DNA of 64,000 nt from an uncultured Gemmatimonadales bacterium (GTDB taxonomy: Bacteria; Gemmatimonadota; Gemmatimonadetes; Longimicrobiales; RSA9). The position numbers were made by a program, and so were the translations under genes. The stretch spans positions 416,001-480,000 of the forward strand of contig CAWAMW010000017.1 in NCBI GenBank assembly GCA_963783305.1, given 5' to 3'. Below are positions 49,465 to 56,974 of the stretch, piece after piece. The notes under the pieces are model-generated. The model searched no databases. It was not told the DNA's origin and saw only the letters and a list, made by a program, of their open reading frames with translations. Within the stretch, counting starts at the first letter, position 1, and each line of letters starts with the position of its first letter.

Positions 49465-49551
49465 CGGGCCATAGCGACGGCCTACCTTGAACTAAAGGCT
49501 CAGGAATGGGGCCGGCTCCGGCCTCACCATGGGACCCGGACGGAGAGGACG

Positions 49552-50094
49552 ATGACACGACTCGCTCGGACCGTACCCGTCCTCGGTGTGCTCCTCGCCG
49601 CGGCGCTGCTCATCCCGTCGCTGGTCTCGGCACAGCACTTCCCGGAAGACGAGGATCTGGCGGTCATGCTCCGCTACCTGGTGGAGGACGGCGAGACGCC
49701 GGGGATCGTGCTCGGGGTGATGGAGCGGGATGGCTCGTCGGTGCGACGCGCGTCGAAGATCAGCGGCCGCACGCCGCCTCCGCGGGAGGTTGCCGGAAAT
49801 GCCCGTGAGCAGGGGCTGGCGGTGACGGCCGAGGACATGGCGCGCTACGCGGGGACGTACGCGCTCCAGGGGCTGCCGGCTCCCGTCGAGCTGCGGATGT
49901 GGGGGCGGAACGGGGTGCTGATGGCGCAGACGCCGCCGCAGAACGAGGAGCCGCTCATCAGGACGGGCGAGAACACGTTCGCGTTGTCGGACAACACCAA
50001 CATCCGGCTCGTGTTCGACGTCGTCGAGGGGCGGGCGGTGCGCGCGACGCTCCCTATGGGGGGACGCGCGATCCCGGGGATACGGAAGAGATAG
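49552..50094 (+). CDS. Secreted serine-hydrolase paralogue with in-frame loss of the catalytic domain (possible pseudogene)
   Basis: N-terminus QHFPEDEDLAVMLRY..DGETPGIVLG..DGS is paralogous to the next gene, then jumps to a RYAGTY (DUF3471-like) C-terminal domain. Confidence 0.7.
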   Translation: MTRLARTVPVLGVLLAAALLIPSLVSAQHFPEDEDLAVMLRYLVEDGETPGIVLGVMERDGSSVRRASKISGRTPPPREVAGNAREQGLAVTAEDMARYAGTYALQGLPAPVELRMWGRNGVLMAQTPPQNEEPLIRTGENTFALSDNTNIRLVFDVVEGRAVRATLPMGGRAIPGIRKR

Positions 50095-50098
50095 AGGG

Positions 50099-51625
50099 AT
50101 GGCCAGCTTTACGACGCAATGTCTCGGTCCGTTTCTGGCGACCGTAGCCGTGCTCGCTCCCGCGCCGGCACAGGCGCAGCACTTCCCGTCGGAGGAGGAG
50201 CTGGCTCTCCTGCTCCGGTATCGGGCCGAGGACGGAGCGGCACCCGCCGTCGCTCTCGGGCTCCTCGACCAGGACGGCTCCACCTCCGTCCTCACCGCCG
50301 GCGACGCCGGCCCGGGAGCCGCCCCCCTCGGGCCCGGCTCCGTCTTCGAGCTGGGTGATCTGACCATGACCTTCACGGCGACCCTGCTCGCCGTAATGGC
50401 GGAGCGCGGCGAGGTCTCGCTCGACGATCCTGTCGCCCGCTACCTCCCGGAGAGCGTCCAGCTCCCGTCGGTGGGCGGTCGTGAGATCACGCTCGTCGAC
50501 CTGGCCCGGCACCGGTCCGGTCTGCCCGCTGACGCGCCGGAGCCTCAGGACGCGTTCACCGTCGAGGACCTGTACGACGTGGTGTCGAGGGCGAAGCTCG
50601 AATACCCACCGGGCCAGGAGCACGAGTTCTCGCACATCGGCTACGGCCTCCTCGGCCACGCGCTGGCCCGGTCGGCCGGGCTCCGCTTCCCGGACCTGCT
50701 GCGGAGCCGCGTGCTGGAGCCGCTGGGAATGGAGCATACGGGGTTCGCACTCGAGGGGGAGATCGAGGACCGGATGGTCCGGGGCCACGCCCGCGGCGAG
50801 GTCGTCCCGTTCGAGATGCCGACGGAAGCACTGCAGGGCGCTACGGGGCTGCGATCGACTCCGACGGACATGCTCGCCTACCTCGAGGCGAACGCCCGCC
50901 CGCCGGACACCGAGCTCGGCCGGGCCATGCGTTTGGCCCAGCAGGTTCCCGGGTCGGACCCCACGGGGGAGGGCCGGGGGTTCTCATGGCGCCGGTACGC
51001 CGGGGGCGGCGGACGGGAGCCACTGCTCGTGACGCACGGGGGCCGGACCGGAGGATTCACCTCGCTGATCACCCTCGACCGCGAGCGGGGCATCGGCACC
51101 GTCTTCCTTGCCAGCAGCAGCGACACCCGACCGTGGGTCAGTCGAAACCTGCTCTGGCTGGACCCCTGGCCCTCGGAGCCCGCGCACCATGTGGATCCGA
51201 CCATCGCCGGGCGGTACGCGGGGACGTACAGTACGACCGTCGGGCGGTACACGGCCGTCCCGGACGCGGGCCGGTACTTCATCCGGCTCGAGGAAGAGGG
51301 CCGGCTCACATATCAGCGACCCGGGGGCGTCCGGGTCCCGCTCCAGCCCCGGACGGACAGCACCTTCTACATGGTCGGAGTCCCGTACACCCTCTCGTTC
51401 CATGAGCAGGGGGACCGGATGCGGTTCATCGCGTCCCTGGACGAGCGGGAGCCGCCACGGCAGCGGGGTCAGCGGTGGGTCGCCTGGAGGGTGAACGAGG
51501 AAACGCCCCCCCTGGATGAGGCGTCGGCGCCGTCGGCGAGCTTCCGGATCGCCCTCATGTTGCTGCTCGCGGGCGTCGCGGTGGCCGTGGCGCGTTCGCT
51601 CTGGCGGAGACGGCGCCGGGCCTGA
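50099..51625 (+). CDS. Beta-lactamase-fold serine hydrolase-like protein, catalytically degenerate, C-terminal membrane anchor
   Basis: FELGDLTMTFT in place of FxIGSxxK; FSH in place of YSN; HRSGL, LEPLGM and HGG retained; C-terminal TM helix followed by RRRRR. Confidence 0.85.
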   Translation: MASFTTQCLGPFLATVAVLAPAPAQAQHFPSEEELALLLRYRAEDGAAPAVALGLLDQDGSTSVLTAGDAGPGAAPLGPGSVFELGDLTMTFTATLLAVMAERGEVSLDDPVARYLPESVQLPSVGGREITLVDLARHRSGLPADAPEPQDAFTVEDLYDVVSRAKLEYPPGQEHEFSHIGYGLLGHALARSAGLRFPDLLRSRVLEPLGMEHTGFALEGEIEDRMVRGHARGEVVPFEMPTEALQGATGLRSTPTDMLAYLEANARPPDTELGRAMRLAQQVPGSDPTGEGRGFSWRRYAGGGGREPLLVTHGGRTGGFTSLITLDRERGIGTVFLASSSDTRPWVSRNLLWLDPWPSEPAHHVDPTIAGRYAGTYSTTVGRYTAVPDAGRYFIRLEEEGRLTYQRPGGVRVPLQPRTDSTFYMVGVPYTLSFHEQGDRMRFIASLDEREPPRQRGQRWVAWRVNEETPPLDEASAPSASFRIALMLLLAGVAVAVARSLWRRRRRA

Positions 51626-51693
51626 AGCGCCCGCGGTCCGGCCTGGCACCGGCCGATAACCGGATCCAGCGCCGGCTGCCGCGTCAGAACCGG

Positions 51694-51800
51694 GCGGTGG
51701 CCGGTGGCGGTGGCCGGTGGCGGTGGCGGTGGCGGTGGCGGTGGCGGTGGCGGTGGAGGTGGCGGTGGAGGTGGCGGTGGAGGTCGGCGGTGGAGGTGGA
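51694..51800. repeat. Hexanucleotide microsatellite (GGTGGC/GGTGGA)n
   Basis: About 100 bp of near-perfect GGTGGM units in intergenic DNA. Confidence 0.92.
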
Positions 51801-51857
51801 CGGCGGGCGGTGCGCGGGGTGGCGGGGAGCTCAGCCGTGGCTGGGCGGACACGGAGA

Positions 51858-52021
51858 CCGCAGCCGTAGTTGGGCTGGCCTGTGCATGCGGCTGCGAAGG
51901 CCATGCCTATCATGGCCTCTGCAGCCCTGGACCTCGACCGGTCCAACCGCGGCTGCGGACGCCATGATCGTGATGGATAATGCCGCCATCACCATCGGCC
52001 CCTGCCCTCCCTGGCTGCGAA
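51858..52021. repeat. Mini-array B: 37-nt palindromic repeats separated by 24-25-nt spacers
   Basis: Half repeat 51858-51865, full repeats 51890-51926 and 51951-51987, next repeat starts 52013; same family and orientation as array A. Confidence 0.8.
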
Positions 52022-52095
52022 CCCCGCGCCCGTTCGCTCCGATCCCGCGCCCGTGTCGGCGGCTCTTCGCCCGAGGTGGGCGAGACTCTGGGCGA

Positions 52096-52743
52096 TCAGC
52101 ACCGGTAGTAGGCGACCACGCGCTCCCGCACATCGCTCCGCGCCCGCTCCGCCACCGCCCCCACCGCGGGCAGCCCAGCCGGGAGCGCCCACAGGTGCGC
52201 CATCTCGAGCTGCGCATCCTTCGCCCCGGCCCCCTCGAGCGCCGCCCTGTCGATCCGCGGCGCGTACCATTTGGGGTTGCCGCGGGCGTCGTTCAGCGGT
52301 GCGGCCAGCAGCGCACCGGTCGGCAGTTCGCCGAGGATGATCCAGGGCCGGTCGCCGTCGTAGAGCGTGAGGTACGGCGCCGGCACCACCAGGCCGAGGA
52401 GGGGGCCGGGCCACACGAGCGACCAGACCCGGCCGCCCTGGAACAGGCACCGGGCGATGCGCGGGCGCGGCGAGGCGGTGCGGCCGACAGAGCCCAGGAC
52501 CATCCGCTCGTCGATCGCGCCGACCCAGGCAGGCGACCCCGCGTCGTCCACCCATGCCGCCAGCGTGAGTCGATTGTCCGGTGCCCGGAGCGCGCCCGGG
52601 TGCGCGGCGATCACCACCTCCGCCGTCGGCGGCGCGAACCGGAGCTTGCGCAGCTCCGCTTCGTCGAGCAGTACGAGCCCTCCCGGCTGGAGCCGCGCCA
52701 TCAGGTCCGCAGCCGGATCACGGGCTCGATCGAACCAGGACAT
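52096..52743 (-). CDS. Hypothetical protein with possible tandem PemK/MazF-like folds
   Basis: Clean 215-aa ORF with GC3 bias; GDRPWIIL..LLAAPL..LWAL..VGAV pattern. Confidence 0.6.
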   Translation of the reverse strand: MSWFDRARDPAADLMARLQPGGLVLLDEAELRKLRFAPPTAEVVIAAHPGALRAPDNRLTLAAWVDDAGSPAWVGAIDERMVLGSVGRTASPRPRIARCLFQGGRVWSLVWPGPLLGLVVPAPYLTLYDGDRPWIILGELPTGALLAAPLNDARGNPKWYAPRIDRAALEGAGAKDAQLEMAHLWALPAGLPAVGAVAERARSDVRERVVAYYRC

Positions 52744-52793
52744 GCGGGCATGATGGTCCTCTCAGGTGCGCACAGTCATGGGACGACGGGTCC

Positions 52794-52960
52794 ATGATAG
52801 TCGAAGAAGACAGGCACCGGAAGGCGATGCCCATGACCGCAGTCTTGTTCCTGATCGCCTCCTGATTGGCGGGCGCGTGTTCGGATCCGGAGGCGACTCT
52901 GGGTGAGTTCGAGACCTGCGAGTCAGTGGGGGTTCGTCTCCACACTCCTCGTCGTGCCAC
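52794..52960 (+). pseudogene. Possible lipoprotein gene remnant
   Basis: RHRKAMPMTAVLFLIAS*LAGACSD: signal peptide and lipobox-like motif interrupted by TGA at 52863-52865, running into the island boundary. Confidence 0.3.
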
Positions 52961-52975
52961 GTTCCGTACCGAGAC

Positions 52976-53030
52976 CAGGGTACGGAAACGCCCCAGCGGC
53001 CTAAGCCCCTGGGGCGTAACAACTTCCGAA
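52976..53030. repeat. Left copy of island-bounding direct repeat (att-like)
   Basis: 52/55 identical to 59414-59468; followed by a degenerate tRNA-Val 3' end (cggccgcggtaggact vs tgggcgcggcaggact). Confidence 0.9.
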
Positions 53031-53097
53031 ACTCCCTACGGCCGCGGTAGGACTGACGGCGGATTCCGGCGGTACGTGGGCGACTCAGAAAACCTCG

Positions 53098-55500
53098 TCA
53101 GAACGAGGCCAGCACATCCGCCTCCGGCTCGGCCCACTTCTGATCGGTCCAGCGCGGCGACCGACTTTCCCCCGTTCGGGCGTGATGGCCGTTTGAACTC
53201 ACCGTTTCGACCCCCGACTCAGCCGTGCCGACTCGCCTCCCGCCACCGCCGCGCCCGTGGGGGGTCGTTTCGGCGAGCGTGAACAGCTGGACCATCTGCC
53301 GCATCCGCTCGGACTGGCTCGTGAGCTCCTCCGCAGCACTGGCCGCTTCCTCCGCGGTGGCCGCCGTGTTCTGCGTGACGCCGTTCATCTCCTCTACTGC
53401 GGTGTTGATCTGGTCCACGCCGTCCGTCTGCTGCTCGGACGCGGCCGCGATCTCCTCCATCACCTGACGAACGCGACCCACCCCCGCCTCGATCTCCCGC
53501 AGCCGATCCAGGACCTCATCCTGGACGGCTACGCCCTGTTCGGAGTTGGCGACGCTGTCTTCGATCAGCTCCGCTGTGTTCTTCGCCGCCTCGGCGCTGC
53601 GGATCGCCAGCGCGCGGACCTCTTCGGCCACCACCGCAAAGCCCTTTCCCGCCTCGCCGGCGCGGGCTGCTTCCACGGCCGCGTTCAACGCCAGGAGGTT
53701 GGTCTGGAACGCGATCTCGTCGATCGTCTTCACGATCTTCGCCGTCGCCTGGCTCGAATCCCTGATCCGGGTCATGGCTTCGCTCAAATGTCGGACGCTT
53801 TCCGCACCCTTCTGTGTGCTGTCCGCCGCCCCTTCGGCCATGCTCCGGGCCTCCTGAGCGTTCGCAGTGTTCTGACGCGCCATGCTGGCCATCTCCTGGA
53901 GCGAGCTGGATGTCTCCTCCAGGCTCGATGCCTGCTCGCTGGCGCCCTGCGCCAGGGATTGGCTGCTCCCGTTGATCTGCGACGCCGCCCCGGCCACCTG
54001 CTCCGCGGCCGCCGACACCTCGGTGAGGGTCTCGTTCAGGTTCTGCGCGGCCTGGTTCACCGCTCGCTTGATCCGCTGGTACTCGCCCGCGTACTCGCCA
54101 GTCATCCGGGCGCTGAGGTCTCGATCTGCGAACCGCTCCAGAACGGCTGCGGCCTCGTCGATGGGAACGCTCGCCGTGTCCAGGGTATCGTTGATCCCCT
54201 GCAGAACGGCCCGATACGCGCCCTTCACTGCCGTCGTATCGGCTCGCTCATTGAGGCGTCCGGTGCGACCCGCTTCCGTCAGCCGGGAGCTTTCGTCCAC
54301 GAGTGTCCGGAGCGAATTGCGGATTTCCTGGAGAACAGGAGCGATCTCGTCGCGGCAGTCTTCCGCGTCTTTCACTACCTCGATGTCGCCGGCCGCGAGG
54401 TTACGGATCGAACCCAGTACGCGGTCTTGCAGATCGTCAGCGAACGTGTTCAGGTCGCGGACGAGGATCCCGAGCTCGTCTTCCTGACGCACCTCCAACC
54501 GCTCGCTGAGGTGCCCGCGTCCGATTTCCCGGACGAATTCCCCGGCCTGTCTGATTCGATGGACCATGCCGCGCGTCAACCAGTACGCCAGGGCGAGCCC
54601 TACGAGCAGTACCGCCAGGCCGACCACGAGGACAATGGTCCGTAGCTGATTCAATAGAGACGCGTAGGGCGCGTGGTCGAGCGCGATCTCGAGGACGCCC
54701 ACCGGGTTGCCGTCGTAGTCCGGGAGAGGCCGGAGCAACACCGCCCGCTCTCCGCCGGCCCGCCGTCGGACCACGACCTCGCCGGCCGTGGCCTCGTCCA
54801 GCGCCCGCCGCAACTCTTCCGGCCCTGGCGCGCCTTCTCCGTCCACCATGGTGGTGCCGCGGGCCTCAAAGCCCTCGTCCATGACCTGATAGAAGGCCAT
54901 GTCGGCGTTGTACCTGTTCTTGAAGCGGTCGAAGAAGGCCTGGTCCAGACCCATCCCGAACTCCACGGTTCCCACGGACCGTCCCTCATGGTGCACGGGA
55001 ACGACCCCGCGAATGCCGATGCCGGCCACGCCGGACTCCAGGCCCCGTATGGTCCGATCCTCCGTGTTAGCGGTCACCACGGTGTGCCGGATGCTGGAGA
55101 GGTCGTCGCCGAACTTCTCGAGCTTGTGCAGGCGGAGGAAAGAGGTGGCAGGAGCCAGATGGAACTGGAACTGCTCGGTGCCGTACTCCTCGCTCAACAC
55201 GTCGAAGACCGGGGTGTACATGGCTCGGAGCGTATCGCGATTGCGGGCGGCGAATGCACTCTGCGCCATCGGCTCGCTCGCGGCGAAGGCGGCCAACGCC
55301 GTGGCCAGCCGCGCCTCTCCGGCGATTTCGGAGGTGGCGCTCCCGAACAACGCCGTCAGTTCCGCATGCTCCGCCCTGGCCACGGTGGCCTGGACCTGTC
55401 GGTAGGCCAGCGTCCCCAGCACCCCTACGGTGAGGACCAGCACCCCACCGATGCCGAGCATCAATCGGGTCCCGATCCTCATGTTCCTGAACCTGTTCAT
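53098..55500 (-). CDS. Methyl-accepting chemotaxis protein (Cache sensor, HAMP domains, MCP signalling domain)
   Basis: QFQFHL..SFLRLH..KFGDDLS Cache motif, two TMs, [42 protein letters not shown]. Confidence 0.95.
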   Translation of the reverse strand: MNRFRNMRIGTRLMLGIGGVLVLTVGVLGTLAYRQVQATVARAEHAELTALFGSATSEIAGEARLATALAAFAASEPMAQSAFAARNRDTLRAMYTPVFDVLSEEYGTEQFQFHLAPATSFLRLHKLEKFGDDLSSIRHTVVTANTEDRTIRGLESGVAGIGIRGVVPVHHEGRSVGTVEFGMGLDQAFFDRFKNRYNADMAFYQVMDEGFEARGTTMVDGEGAPGPEELRRALDEATAGEVVVRRRAGGERAVLLRPLPDYDGNPVGVLEIALDHAPYASLLNQLRTIVLVVGLAVLLVGLALAYWLTRGMVHRIRQAGEFVREIGRGHLSERLEVRQEDELGILVRDLNTFADDLQDRVLGSIRNLAAGDIEVVKDAEDCRDEIAPVLQEIRNSLRTLVDESSRLTEAGRTGRLNERADTTAVKGAYRAVLQGINDTLDTASVPIDEAAAVLERFADRDLSARMTGEYAGEYQRIKRAVNQAAQNLNETLTEVSAAAEQVAGAASQINGSSQSLAQGASEQASSLEETSSSLQEMASMARQNTANAQEARSMAEGAADSTQKGAESVRHLSEAMTRIRDSSQATAKIVKTIDEIAFQTNLLALNAAVEAARAGEAGKGFAVVAEEVRALAIRSAEAAKNTAELIEDSVANSEQGVAVQDEVLDRLREIEAGVGRVRQVMEEIAAASEQQTDGVDQINTAVEEMNGVTQNTAATAEEAASAAEELTSQSERMRQMVQLFTLAETTPHGRGGGGRRVGTAESGVETVSSNGHHARTGESRSPRWTDQKWAEPEADVLASF

Positions 55501-55544
55501 GGGTCTATTCCTTTCGAGTCGCATCTATCCCGTAGGATGTCCCG

Positions 55545-56699
55545 CTACCAGGACGCCTGCATTTCCATCAACAGTAGGTTCGTGACCGCACCGCTCGGCC
55601 CGAGGTCGCGTCGCACGTAGTTGAGCTTCAGCGCCACCGGCGATTCAGCAAAGAAGTAGCTGCCGCCGATCAGGGCGTCCCGGATTTCTTTCACTTCGCC
55701 GGTCCCGTCGCGATCGGGATCCCAGGCGTCGTAGCGAAGGACGGCTTCCCAACGGCCGACTCTGTACGCGGTCAGCCCATAGTATCCGAGGCGGCGGACC
55801 GCTCCGTCGGTCGCCCGGATGACCTCTCCGCGCACCTTGACAGGGCCGTGGGCGAGGGCCACATCAGCACCCAGGCGGCGGCGCGCCTCGGTCTCCCCTC
55901 GTTCGCCACCCCACGCTCCAGAAACCCCCACACTCAACCCCGTCAGCGGCGTCCGGAATCCGAGGCGGCCGGCCACGGCCTTCGCGTCATCGCTGTCCGT
56001 GCCGTTCTGCCCTTCTCCCAGCCCGTTGAAGACGCCGACCGTGAGGTCCGTCTCGAGCGGAAGATCAACGCGAGCAGCGGCGCCGACATCCCGCACCTGG
56101 GTCAGTTTGCCGGTGCTCGCCAGAAGCGCCCGTTCGACCGTCTCGAGCTTCGATGACGAGAGTACGGACCCTTCGAGTCCCACGGGCAGCCGGAACTGAC
56201 CAACGTCCACCCTCAAGCCCGGCCGGCGGAAGCTCAGGTAGGCGTCCTGCAGCAGCAGACTCGCCTGGTTCGGCCGGGTCTCGCTCACCGTCTGGCTCGC
56301 ACCGACCGTCGCGTAGGAATTGCTCAGCTTCAGCGCCTTCGCCGGGTCCACGGAAAGCGTCCATGCGGCGGACCCGGAGAGATCGCCGCTGACCTTCAGC
56401 ATGGCTCTGCGCAGGCGGAAGCTACGGGGCGAGACGGCGTCCCCGTCCAGGTACCACGCCTGGAGCAGACCGCTGAACTTGAGGCCGATGAGATCAGCTC
56501 GAGTGGCTGCGCTGTCTGTCGCCAAGGTTCCAGGGTCGCCGGGAGAGGTCACGTCCGCCGTATCCGCCGTTGCGGGCAGCCGGCTCATGTTGGCCGACGC
56601 GTGCGCCGACAACGCAGGTTCGGGACTGACATGGCCAGCGTCACCCAGTCCTCCACCCCCCATGGCCCACGCACACAACACAACGACTCCGTTCCACAT
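55545..56699 (-). CDS. Porin, OprO/OprP (phosphate/anion-selective) family-like
   Basis: SGLLQAWY, FRLRRA, LQDAY, VGQFRLPVGLE, RDVG, GVFNG, C-terminal aromatic W. Confidence 0.8.
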   Translation of the reverse strand: MWNGVVVLCAWAMGGGGLGDAGHVSPEPALSAHASANMSRLPATADTADVTSPGDPGTLATDSAATRADLIGLKFSGLLQAWYLDGDAVSPRSFRLRRAMLKVSGDLSGSAAWTLSVDPAKALKLSNSYATVGASQTVSETRPNQASLLLQDAYLSFRRPGLRVDVGQFRLPVGLEGSVLSSSKLETVERALLASTGKLTQVRDVGAAARVDLPLETDLTVGVFNGLGEGQNGTDSDDAKAVAGRLGFRTPLTGLSVGVSGAWGGERGETEARRRLGADVALAHGPVKVRGEVIRATDGAVRRLGYYGLTAYRVGRWEAVLRYDAWDPDRDGTGEVKEIRDALIGGSYFFAESPVALKLNYVRRDLGPSGAVTNLLLMEMQASW

Positions 56700-56974
56700 C
56701 TCGCTTAGCCCCGTTCAACCGTGGTCGTATCGCACTTCAACAGGGGAAGAGCCTCGGCGCTGCCACGTGGAACTTGAGGACAGCCGCCGTCTCTCCGTTC
56801 TCAAGGGGGCGCGTCGCGACAGAGGTAAAGATCAGGACGTAACGACCGACTATACGAGCAGAGGACATTCGAGGCATTGGCGACCAGTTAGGGCGAAAGT
56901 TCGCCATACAGCCACAGGCCGGCGTAACTCGCGCAGCAGATGACCCGCAGTCCGCAGCCGAGAGGAATCGATAG

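Noticed and set aside
47845..52021. Calling the mini-arrays true CRISPR arrays
   Set aside because: Repeats are too divergent from each other, spacers look related between arrays, and there is no leader or cas gene in the window; reported as repeats instead.
51697..52797. ORFs with poly-RW, poly-G, poly-P or poly-TA runs
   Set aside because: They are translations of the GGTGGC microsatellite and antisense shadows of real genes.
52863..52865. TGA as selenocysteine or programmed readthrough
   Set aside because: It falls in a signal-peptide position with no catalytic context; simple decay is more likely.
56700..56974. Riboswitch (e.g. c-di-GMP) in the divergent porin/kinase intergenic region
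   Set aside because: Only a short GGCGAA-AG-TTCGCC palindrome; no recognisable aptamer consensus.
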